From the IMG/VR virus record IMGVR_UViG_3300016476_001378: a DNA stretch of 64,000 bases. One strand, 5' to 3'. The DNA is from a virus. Taxonomy: Duplodnaviria; Caudoviricetes. Made by a program: the position numbers and the translations under genes. The notes below the pieces were generated by a model. That model was not told the origin of the DNA. It saw nothing but the letters and a program-made list of their open reading frames with translations, and did no database searches. This document shows positions 28,434-36,429 of the stretch, in pieces (within the stretch, counting starts at the first letter, position 1; every line of letters starts with the position of its first letter).

Positions 28434-28637
28434 TTACAAGATGTAAGTCAATTCTGTGTTGCCACAGACAGGACATGCATCATTTGAGTCATCGAGTAAA
28501 ATTGTCTGCATGAAGTTGCCTTCCCACTTGCAGTAGTCGCAGCAAGTATCTACTCTCAACTGTCTTCTTGTATTTTTCTTTTCTGGAATGAGGAACTTAC
28601 TCTTAATCAAGTTGATTAAACGAAATAAAATATCCAT
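28434..28637 (-). CDS. Small zinc-ribbon protein
   Basis: GGAGG RBS; CDYC…CPVC. Confidence 0.65.
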   Translation of the reverse strand: MDILFRLINLIKSKFLIPEKKNTRRQLRVDTCCDYCKWEGNFMQTILLDDSNDACPVCGNTELTYIL

Positions 28638-28653
28638 TTATTAACCTCCAGAA

Positions 28654-30423
28654 CTATTTGATTTGTCGCGCTGCCTCCTCGTTAACCAACTTAGAAGCAA
28701 GCTTGATTGTTTCTTTGGCTGACATATTCAATGAACCAAGCATTTCCAGCTTGTTTTCCCCATCGATTGCTTCCTTAAGTGAAATTTCTAAATCTGTAAG
28801 ATCTTCAATTAACACGTCATCAAATAAATCAGAGGAGTCTCTAAGCAATGCTTCAACTTGAATCAGCCTATCGTGCAGTTGTTCTTTTAAGTTTGTGGCC
28901 TCTTTAAAAATACCATCTTCGACTTGGGAATCTTCTGCCTCATGAATCATTCTGCTTATCTCATCAGATGTAAGGCTTGCACTTCCAGTGATTGTGGCTT
29001 CAGTTTTCACGCCCCTGAGCAGATCCATTGCACTAACATTTATTATTCCGTTTGCGTCAATGTCAAACCTCACTTCAATCTGAGGCAAACCTCTAGGAGC
29101 TGGTGGAATGTTATCTAATTTACAAACACCTAAGAACCTATTGTGAATAACTTGGGGCCGCTCTCCCTGATAAACTTTAATATCAACAAAAGGTTGAGAA
29201 TCTTCAGCAGTGGTGAAAACCTGTGAATAATCGGTTGGGATGGTGGTGTTTCTGTAAATCATAGGAGTCATAACACCACCAAGGGTCTCAATACCCAGAG
29301 TCAAAGGAGTTACATCCAAAAGCAGAACATCCTTTTCTCTAGAACCAGACAAAATGGCTGCTTGAACCGCGGCTCCAGCAGCTACAGCTTCATCAGGATT
29401 GATAGTTTTATTTGGCTTTTTGCACAACCACTCTTCAATTAAATCAGAAATGGCAGGAACGCGCGTTGAGCCTCCAACGAATACAACCTCATTGATGTCA
29501 TCTGGCCCCATTTTAGCGTCTTTTAGGGCTTGTTCGACACATAGCTTGGTTTTCATCAACAAAGGGCGAATTGCGGCCTCAAATTCAATTTTACTAATAG
29601 ACACATTGACATGAATAGGTGCGTTATTCTCAAAAATAAAATAAGGCACATTGATTTCAGCTGTAGAGCTAGATGTTAAACTTCTTTTGGCCTGTTCACA
29701 TTGTTGCCACAACCTAGCTTTGGCAGTAGCGTCTAAAGTTGTTTCAAACTTTGGCAGCTTTGATAAGACTAAATTAAAAACCATCTCATCAAAATCATCA
29801 CCACCCAGCTGAGTGTCTCCAGATGTTGACTTTACTTCAAAAACACCTATCTCACTGATAGCAAGAATTGTAACATCAAATGTGCCACCGCCCAAGTCAT
29901 AAACAAGAATTGTTTCATTGCGGCGATTATCTAAGCCATAAGCGAGGGCCGCAGCGGTAGGCTCGTTAATAATTCTTAAAACTTCTAGTCCAGCAAGTTC
30001 ACCTGCGGTTTTTGTGGCTTGTCTTTGATTGTGATCAAAATAAGCAGGTACAGTAATAACAGCTTGTGTTACCTTTTTGCCAAGTGCAGTTTCGCAGTCT
30101 CGTTTAATTTTCTTTAGAATCTCACTTGAGATTTCTTCTGGAGACCATTCAACATCACCAAAGTCAAATCTTTTATTTGTTCCCATCCAGCGCTTTACAG
30201 ATCTGATTGTATTGTCTGCGTTGGTTGCTTCTTGGTCTGCTGCTGATTTACCAATAATAATACTTTTGTCTTGCTTTATTGCAAAAACAGATGGAGTGGT
30301 TCTAAAACCTTCAGAATTAGCAATGATTTCAACATTACCAGAGGGATTGACATAAGCGGCACAAGAATTTGTAGTACCTAAATCAATTCCTATTGCAATT
30401 GATTCATCATTCATTTTTAACAC
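28654..30423 (-). CDS. dnaK: Hsp70 chaperone DnaK
   Basis: 'GIDLGTTNS', 'TVPAYF', 'NEPTAAA', 'DLGGGTFD', linker 'DVLLLDV', 'GLPQIEV'. True start may be ATG 30414. Confidence 0.97.
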   Translation of the reverse strand: MLKMNDESIAIGIDLGTTNSCAAYVNPSGNVEIIANSEGFRTTPSVFAIKQDKSIIIGKSAADQEATNADNTIRSVKRWMGTNKRFDFGDVEWSPEEISSEILKKIKRDCETALGKKVTQAVITVPAYFDHNQRQATKTAGELAGLEVLRIINEPTAAALAYGLDNRRNETILVYDLGGGTFDVTILAISEIGVFEVKSTSGDTQLGGDDFDEMVFNLVLSKLPKFETTLDATAKARLWQQCEQAKRSLTSSSTAEINVPYFIFENNAPIHVNVSISKIEFEAAIRPLLMKTKLCVEQALKDAKMGPDDINEVVFVGGSTRVPAISDLIEEWLCKKPNKTINPDEAVAAGAAVQAAILSGSREKDVLLLDVTPLTLGIETLGGVMTPMIYRNTTIPTDYSQVFTTAEDSQPFVDIKVYQGERPQVIHNRFLGVCKLDNIPPAPRGLPQIEVRFDIDANGIINVSAMDLLRGVKTEATITGSASLTSDEISRMIHEAEDSQVEDGIFKEATNLKEQLHDRLIQVEALLRDSSDLFDDVLIEDLTDLEISLKEAIDGENKLEMLGSLNMSAKETIKLASKLVNEEAARQIK

Positions 30424-30448
30424 CTATTTTGTTTTTATGTTTAATTAA

Positions 30449-30486
30449 ATTATACAAAAAAAGAAGCCAGAGATAAACTCTGGCTT
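30449..30486 (-). terminator. Terminator followed directly by a TATAAT box upstream of dnaK
   Basis: AAGCCAGAG-tttat-CTCTGGCTT, then cTTTTTTTg and TATAAT. Confidence 0.8.
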
Positions 30487-30667
30487 ACAGTTTATAATCG
30501 TTTGAATAAAATCCGGGCCCCTTAAAAGCAATACCCACAGGGTAAATTTTCTTTTTAAGGTCACCTTCTTTACATTCATGGCACTTCTTCAAAGGTTCTT
30601 CAGTAATCTTTTGTTCCTTATCGAATTCCAGGCCACACTTCTTACAGATGTAAGTGTAAATTGGCAT
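30485..30667 (-). CDS. FmdB-family zinc-ribbon protein
   Basis: MPIYTY.CxxC…CxxC…'FKGPGFYSND'. Confidence 0.88.
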   Translation of the reverse strand: MPIYTYICKKCGLEFDKEQKITEEPLKKCHECKEGDLKKKIYPVGIAFKGPGFYSNDYKL

Positions 30668-30674
30668 TTAATCC

Positions 30675-31031
30675 TCAGTCTTCAGATGGCAAATCTATTG
30701 CTCCTGGAACTCTACCTTCGTAAAGGCTTGCCAAGGGATTAAATTTATCATCTGATAATTTTTTATTAATACTTTCGATTTCTTTTTGAGTAATCGGAGT
30801 GCGCTTCGCAGTCTTTTTTGGATCTTTTGGTAACTTATCCTTGTACTCATGCACCATTGATACAGATTGTACAATCGCAAATGTATCCTTGCATTTAGGA
30901 CACTTCATAATTGTATAAACTTCAAGTTCATTTTTGGGATAGTACCCTAAATGAGATTCACGATAAAAATTAGCCTTGCAGGTTCTATTGATACACTGCA
31001 TAGGGGTGCCTACGATTGTCTGTTTAAACAT
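30675..31031 (-). CDS. Hypothetical zinc-binding protein
   Basis: GGAGGAG RBS; Cx4C and CPKC. Confidence 0.65.
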   Translation of the reverse strand: MFKQTIVGTPMQCINRTCKANFYRESHLGYYPKNELEVYTIMKCPKCKDTFAIVQSVSMVHEYKDKLPKDPKKTAKRTPITQKEIESINKKLSDDKFNPLASLYEGRVPGAIDLPSED

Positions 31032-31071
31032 TTTGACACTCCTCCATTACATGGAAAGAAAAACCACATAC

Positions 31072-32868
31072 CTATTTTTTAACATCTCTAAGATCAAAAC
31101 CTGCCTCTGACTGATAAACACGCTTTCTCGCAAGAGAATGTTTACGCATGTGTTTGTCTGAATCCATAAAATCAATAACTACAGCTTCTGATTTACCACT
31201 ATCTTTATGTGATCTAATAACTCTTCCAATAGTTTGTAAAACAGTTGCTGAAGCTTGTGTAGATCCAGCCATTATAAGAACACTAATAGCTGGCGCATCG
31301 ATTCCGGTGTTGAGCCATTGTGTTCCTATAAGTATTATATCGTTACTTTCACAAGAATTAAGCATTCTTCTCCGATAATCTTGCTCTTGGTCATCTGGAT
31401 CATCTTCTCCTTTATCGCTCCCAGGAACAAAAACAGAGTTTTTAATCATTGCTTCTAAAATATTGCCATGCTCTACTCTGTCAACAATAATCATAACTGG
31501 CCTTCCAGCTTCTTGAAATGCTTCAGCAAATTGCTTAATCCTATAATTCCTCTCCCAGCATTTTGTAATGTGCTTTGTATAGGAATCTGCGTAATTGCTG
31601 ACCTCTTCTGTATGCTTGATTGGAATCATGTAGATTCTTGGCGGAACAAGGAAACCTCTATTTATAAGAAATGTCGGGCTAACTTCTATAAGTTTTCTTC
31701 CCATGCATCCTTCTAGGCGAATTTCTTGATTGTCTTCACGCCAAGGTGTTGCTGATAATCCAAATCTATAGTAAGCCCTAGACGCATGATTTGCTAAAGT
31801 TTCAATAACGATAGCAGCAAGATGAGCCTCGTCGACAATAATTGCCTGAGCATTTTTAAATAGCTCTCTAATTTGTTTCTTATTTTCTATAGATTGCAAT
31901 CTATTATCTAAAGCACTTTTGGCTTTTTTATAATTTGTGATTTCATTTTTCACAAAACTATTAAAGGACTTATCAAAATCCTTTTCAAGGGAGGTTAAAG
32001 TTTTTTCTAATATTTTAGCTTCTTTGGGTTCAGCTTTAGCAATCTTTTCTTTTGTGAGATCTATGTGTAAGCTTGTTTCTGCCAATCTGTTAGTGGCCTC
32101 TTCTTTTTTAGAATTAAAGGCTTTTTCAGCTATTTCAAATTCAGCTTTAAGTTGGTCTAAGGTCTTTTTAGTTCCTTCTCCAGCAAGTTCATCTATCTCT
32201 ATTTTATTTTTAGATTCACTAAATTTTTCATTGAAGGCAGCCAGCGCTGTTTGATAGGTACAAACATTTATACCACTGGGCTCTATATTATAAATGCCAT
32301 CACCCATCATGCCAATAGAGGCTTCTTTACCATCTATTTTAAGATACTTAGAAAACTCTTTTTGGGTCTGCTTAAGCAACGATCTGGAAGGAACTGTAAA
32401 AATAACGGGGCCAACACCCATTTGCGCGATCAATTCGCATGCTGTCATAGTTTTTCCAGCACCTGTGGCCAAAGCCAAGACGCCTCTGGAAACTTTAATG
32501 GCCTTGTCTACAGCCTCTATTTGATAATCATAGAGCGATCTGTTAAATTCTTCAAATCTAGTCTCAACATTTAAATTTTTAACTGGTTTGATTCTATTAT
32601 CAATTAATTTAAAAGAGACCCCTTGTAATTTAAGGGCATTGAGAACAGAGCTTAAAAGCCCTGTTGGAAAAGTTTGCGTTCTCTTATCGTAAAGAGTTAT
32701 AATACCATCCCACTGATGGCTTTTATAAGCAGCAGACCATTCGGCATTAGGCACCATGTAACCACACTTCTCTCGAAGCATGTTATGAAATGCATGCTGA
32801 TGTTCTTTATCGGGGTGTAATTCACCGATAATTTGGCATTTGGTATTAGTAATGCTAATAGACACCAT
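31072..32868 (-). CDS. SF2 DEAH helicase (UvsW/Res-like) with a coiled-coil insertion
   Basis: 'LYDYQ', ATGAGKT, 'DEAH', 'GLSATP', 'TGID.P', 'QTIGRVIR'. Confidence 0.9.
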   Translation of the reverse strand: MVSISITNTKCQIIGELHPDKEHQHAFHNMLREKCGYMVPNAEWSAAYKSHQWDGIITLYDKRTQTFPTGLLSSVLNALKLQGVSFKLIDNRIKPVKNLNVETRFEEFNRSLYDYQIEAVDKAIKVSRGVLALATGAGKTMTACELIAQMGVGPVIFTVPSRSLLKQTQKEFSKYLKIDGKEASIGMMGDGIYNIEPSGINVCTYQTALAAFNEKFSESKNKIEIDELAGEGTKKTLDQLKAEFEIAEKAFNSKKEEATNRLAETSLHIDLTKEKIAKAEPKEAKILEKTLTSLEKDFDKSFNSFVKNEITNYKKAKSALDNRLQSIENKKQIRELFKNAQAIIVDEAHLAAIVIETLANHASRAYYRFGLSATPWREDNQEIRLEGCMGRKLIEVSPTFLINRGFLVPPRIYMIPIKHTEEVSNYADSYTKHITKCWERNYRIKQFAEAFQEAGRPVMIIVDRVEHGNILEAMIKNSVFVPGSDKGEDDPDDQEQDYRRRMLNSCESNDIILIGTQWLNTGIDAPAISVLIMAGSTQASATVLQTIGRVIRSHKDSGKSEAVVIDFMDSDKHMRKHSLARKRVYQSEAGFDLRDVKK

Positions 32869-32892
32869 AATAATTAAATTATGGTGTCTATT
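32857..32892 (-). promoter_or_regulatory. Perfect 15-bp inverted repeat joining the -10 box to the helicase start codon
   Basis: AATAGACACCATAAT-aattaa-ATTATGGTGTCTATT. Confidence 0.75.
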
Positions 32893-32918
32893 TTAAGATA
32901 AAAATACTAAAATTTAAA

Positions 32919-33257
32919 TTAAACTAAGCCAGCGTCTTTTAAAGCTTGAGCTAATTCTAATCTAAAGAGATCTGCCTTTGCTGGCTCGTGAGCTATCAAG
33001 TTAGCAAAGTTGGACTCAATGTCCTCACGAGTTCTCTTGATTTCAGCTGCCTTTTCTGCTGCAGACTTTCTGCCTCTTCTTGACATTGCCTCTACCTCAG
33101 GCTCAGCTGCTTCAGTTTCTGCAATCTCTTCAGCCTTTGCTTCAACAACCTCTACTACAGGTTCTGCTGCAGGTACTTCAACTACTTCTTCGACAACTGG
33201 TTCTACAATTGGCTCCTTAGCTTTTGGAGCTTCTTTCTTTGGTCTTTCTACTGCCAT
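32919..33257 (-). CDS. Hypothetical E/V/A-rich protein
   Basis: AAAGG RBS; low-complexity acidic N-terminus. Confidence 0.7.
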   Translation of the reverse strand: MAVERPKKEAPKAKEPIVEPVVEEVVEVPAAEPVVEVVEAKAEEIAETEAAEPEVEAMSRRGRKSAAEKAAEIKRTREDIESNFANLIAHEPAKADLFRLELAQALKDAGLV

Positions 33258-33269
33258 TTTTATACCTTT

Positions 33270-33686
33270 TTATTTCTTAGATAAGATTTGTACTGCTATT
33301 TTATTTTTTTGACCATTAAGCGAACTTATAGTCATTTGTGCTGCTTCTTCAACAGCAGCTTCTTCTTCTTTATTCAGCGGAGCAACAGAAGATGCTTTCA
33401 TTTTAATTATTTTCATAAATTCATCGAGCATTTCCTGGTCTGTGAAATCACCATCTTTGATAGCGTTCAAACCATCTAGCCAAATATCGAATATCAAAGA
33501 ACCCTTGTCACCCAGCCTGTCGCCTAGTAAGCCTTTGACTTTTAAAAGCGAAGATTCTACAGAATTAATCTGTTTTTGCCTTCCAGCCAAATAGCTAAAG
33601 GACAGAACTGTTCCTAAGGCGAACAAAATCCACCAACCATAAATAGACAAATAATATTCTATTAAATGTTTGATAGTATTAAGCAT
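33270..33686 (-). CDS. Membrane-anchored hypothetical protein
   Basis: N-terminal TM segment 'IYGWWILFALGTVLSFSYLA'. Confidence 0.7.
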   Translation of the reverse strand: MLNTIKHLIEYYLSIYGWWILFALGTVLSFSYLAGRQKQINSVESSLLKVKGLLGDRLGDKGSLIFDIWLDGLNAIKDGDFTDQEMLDEFMKIIKMKASSVAPLNKEEEAAVEEAAQMTISSLNGQKNKIAVQILSKK

Positions 33687-33687
33687 G

Positions 33688-33924
33688 TTAGCACTTTACA
33701 GCAACGACATCGTCGTCATCATCGTCAGCTAATGCATCAGGAATGTCAACCTTTTCAAGGCTGGCGTGGACGTTTCTGTGGCAAAATGGGCAATTGTTAT
33801 TGGGCCCTAAATTTACCTTAAAAATTACATGGGAGCAAGCTTTACAAACTACAACACCATTTGTGTCATTGTTCTGCTCTGCTACGTTTTCAATGCGGCC
33901 AGTGGCCCTTCTAATCATAGACAT
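33688..33924 (-). CDS. Small zinc-finger protein
   Basis: CKAC…CPFC, acidic tail; upstream TGG-N19-TAAAAT (33951-33978). Confidence 0.65.
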   Translation of the reverse strand: MSMIRRATGRIENVAEQNNDTNGVVVCKACSHVIFKVNLGPNNNCPFCHRNVHASLEKVDIPDALADDDDDDVVAVKC

Positions 33925-33958
33925 TTTTTATTTCCTTTTCCTGTTGGGCTATTTTATT

Positions 33959-34939
33959 TTATTTACCAATCAAGGCCAGATACTGCTTGAGTGCAGCTTC
34001 CTGTTCTGAATTCAGATCTGTTGGTATCTTATGATTTATCTCAATGATAAAATCCGAGCGTTGTATCGGATGGACATAAAATCCCTTGCCTCTGAATTTT
34101 AATTTTTGCCCAGACTTTGCAGCCTTAGGCACCTTAATTAATATTTCTGTGTTTTCTAGGGTCTTGACCTTCTTTTCAGCACCGATCATAGCCTCAACAG
34201 GATCCACGTCAAGAGTGACACAACAACACATGTTGTCGTCAATCTTAAAATAATCATCGTGTTTTAATTTGCAAATAATGATTAAGGGGCCAGGTTGTTG
34301 TTCTGGATCTTCTTGAGAACCAGAGCCTTGTAAGATAAATTGTTTATGCAAGCAACCAAGTGGGAAATTTAATTCAGAATCTTTCTTTTCTTTTTTGACC
34401 CCAAAGCCCTGACAAGTATTGCAAACTACTTTGTGTAAGAACCCTCTGGTTCTACATCTTTTACAGGGGCCAAAATCTTGTTGCATGTTAAACATGCCAT
34501 CATTCCAGATTTTAATAATTCTGCCAAGGCCTTGGCAGTCTGGACATACGCTTGGTACTTGGCCTTCAGAAGCACCGCCTTCGCCATTACAATCAGAGCA
34601 AAAAATTACACGTTCGTAATTTACAGATCTCGTAAAAGGCTTCATACTCTCAAGAGGACTAATCTCAACAACAATCTGCACTGCAGAATTGGGCTCTTTA
34701 TGAATGTGCCTTTGTTGGCGCATTTGAGAAAATATATTGTCTCTGTTATCATACTCAGATCTTTTTCTTGGATCTGACAAAGTTTCATAAGCTTCAGTAA
34801 CTTGTTTGAACTTTTCTTCTGCGCCAGTGGCTTTGTTTACATCTGGATGAAATTCCTTTGCAAGCTTCCTGTAAGCACTTTTGATTTCATCGGGTGTGGC
34901 ATTTTTAGAAACACCCAGGACAGAATAAAAATCAGACAT
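33959..34939 (-). CDS. dnaJ: DnaJ chaperone
   Basis: J domain with HPD, four CxxCxGxG-type motifs, C-terminal domain. The G/F-rich region is absent. Confidence 0.93.
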   Translation of the reverse strand: MSDFYSVLGVSKNATPDEIKSAYRKLAKEFHPDVNKATGAEEKFKQVTEAYETLSDPRKRSEYDNRDNIFSQMRQQRHIHKEPNSAVQIVVEISPLESMKPFTRSVNYERVIFCSDCNGEGGASEGQVPSVCPDCQGLGRIIKIWNDGMFNMQQDFGPCKRCRTRGFLHKVVCNTCQGFGVKKEKKDSELNFPLGCLHKQFILQGSGSQEDPEQQPGPLIIICKLKHDDYFKIDDNMCCCVTLDVDPVEAMIGAEKKVKTLENTEILIKVPKAAKSGQKLKFRGKGFYVHPIQRSDFIIEINHKIPTDLNSEQEAALKQYLALIGK

Positions 34940-34967
34940 AATTCGAACTACCTCGAATTACATTATA
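34936..34967 (-). promoter_or_regulatory. dnaJ -10 box plus a hairpin over the RBS and start codon
   Basis: Minus strand reads TATAAT-g-TAATTCGA-ggtagt-TCGAATTA-TG. Confidence 0.55.
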
Positions 34968-35687
34968 CTATTTTTGTATAGATTGAAGCAATCTTTGAAT
35001 TTTATTAGAAGGACAAATTGCCCGCTCACCAATGCCTATGTCTGCGTGTTGGCCAGTTACACCCATGATGCTTCCATAAATCAAACCATCTGTGCCTATG
35101 GCCATTCCACCACTTGAACCTTGAAGAATATCAGCATCAATGAAGATTATATCATTCCATGCTTGGCTAGGAGCATTTTCGCCCATAGATTGGTGAACAT
35201 TTGAAATTCTGCCAACTGTGGCTGTGTCATGCCATCCCTCTGGAGAGCTAATTACGGCAACAATGTCGCCAAGTTGGGCTTTATTGCTATCTGCCAAATT
35301 GGCTGCAGGAATAGTTTTTGCAACTTGTGCGTTATAAATAATTCCAGAATCTATGCTAGGATCAGAAATAACGAACTGCATAGGAAATAAAACTTTACCA
35401 TCAAATGTGGCCGAAATTTCAGCGCCAGAACCCTGAAGCTCAGGTGGAACTACGTGACCAGCTGTGGCAACATAACCGTTACCTAAATGGAAACCGCTGC
35501 CTGTCCATTGTTTTCTGCCAGATTTAACAAAGATAGTACACGAAGACTGTAAAGATTTTTGAATAATGTCAAAAATGGGATCATGAATCTTTTGGGGCTG
35601 CTCTTGATTTAGTGCAGGTGTAGCTGCTGGAGCTTCCTGTGCTAATCTCAAACGCCATTCAAGTGAATTAATATCTAATTTAAACAT
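34968..35687 (-). CDS. Trypsin-like (S1, HtrA-type without PDZ) serine protease
   Basis: 'GSGF', His in 'TAGHVV', Asp in 'IDSG', Ser in 'QGSSGG'. Confidence 0.88.
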   Translation of the reverse strand: MFKLDINSLEWRLRLAQEAPAATPALNQEQPQKIHDPIFDIIQKSLQSSCTIFVKSGRKQWTGSGFHLGNGYVATAGHVVPPELQGSGAEISATFDGKVLFPMQFVISDPSIDSGIIYNAQVAKTIPAANLADSNKAQLGDIVAVISSPEGWHDTATVGRISNVHQSMGENAPSQAWNDIIFIDADILQGSSGGMAIGTDGLIYGSIMGVTGQHADIGIGERAICPSNKIQRLLQSIQK

Positions 35688-35690
35688 AAT

Positions 35691-36176
35691 TTATCGCCCA
35701 ATAATCTTCGCTTTGATGTTTTTGATTGGCACAGGTCCGAATGTTCTAGAATCTTCAGATTCTCCCTCATTGTCACCCAGTACATAAACATATTCTTTAG
35801 GAATTTCTAAAACAAATGCATGTATGCCATATTTAGCCAAAGTTTGTATTTCTCTATCTACATCAGGCAAAGCTGGCATAGGCGAGAATTTTCTTTCACC
35901 CAAATCTGCACAAACTAATTTTTGTCCAGAAGTATAAGCTACTCTCTTTATTATAAATTCCGAATCTTGATCTATAACCACTACATCGCCAACTTGAAAA
36001 TTTCTATCTAGCGAATTTGCAAAAACAATGCTATTCGCATGAAAATTTGGTTCCATTGAAACACCAACTACTTTGGTTATAAAAATTGGTCTAAAACATA
36101 CAAATACACAAGCTAAAATTAAAATGAAAATTTGAATCCCAGTTTTAATTATCTTTTTTTGAGTCTTTTTTATCAT
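35691..36176 (-). CDS. lepB: Signal peptidase I (S26)
   Basis: N-terminal TM helix, 'GVSMEP', 'IIKRV', 'GDN…SEDSR.FG'. Confidence 0.9.
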   Translation of the reverse strand: MIKKTQKKIIKTGIQIFILILACVFVCFRPIFITKVVGVSMEPNFHANSIVFANSLDRNFQVGDVVVIDQDSEFIIKRVAYTSGQKLVCADLGERKFSPMPALPDVDREIQTLAKYGIHAFVLEIPKEYVYVLGDNEGESEDSRTFGPVPIKNIKAKIIGR

Positions 36177-36420
36177 GAGCTAAGCCTTCAGCAACTTTTA
36201 AAGCTTTTTTCAAATCTTCTTCTTTGCTAACTTCTTCTCGATTCTTTCTGATCAAATAGATTGTTACCGGGACATTTTTGCTATTTAGCTCACTGCTCTT
36301 GTAAACATCAAAATCAGTATTTCGTAATAGCCATACATTTTCAGGCACAATTTCAAACCAAACCTCATTTATAAGAGGTTTGGTTTCTTGTTTCTTCTTC
36401 TTTGCTATTCTATACCACAT
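36145..36420 (-). CDS. Small protein with an MWYRIA leader
   Basis: Begins MWYRIAKKKK. Confidence 0.7.
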   Translation of the reverse strand: MWYRIAKKKKQETKPLINEVWFEIVPENVWLLRNTDFDVYKSSELNSKNVPVTIYLIRKNREEVSKEEDLKKALKVAEGLAHDKKDSKKDN

Positions 36421-36429
36421 AATTTATGA

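Noticed and set aside
8534-32868. Inteins or introns in gyrB, gyrA, recD2, clpX, phoH or the helicase
   Set aside because: Lengths are normal, and there are no C…HN termini or homing-endonuclease motifs.
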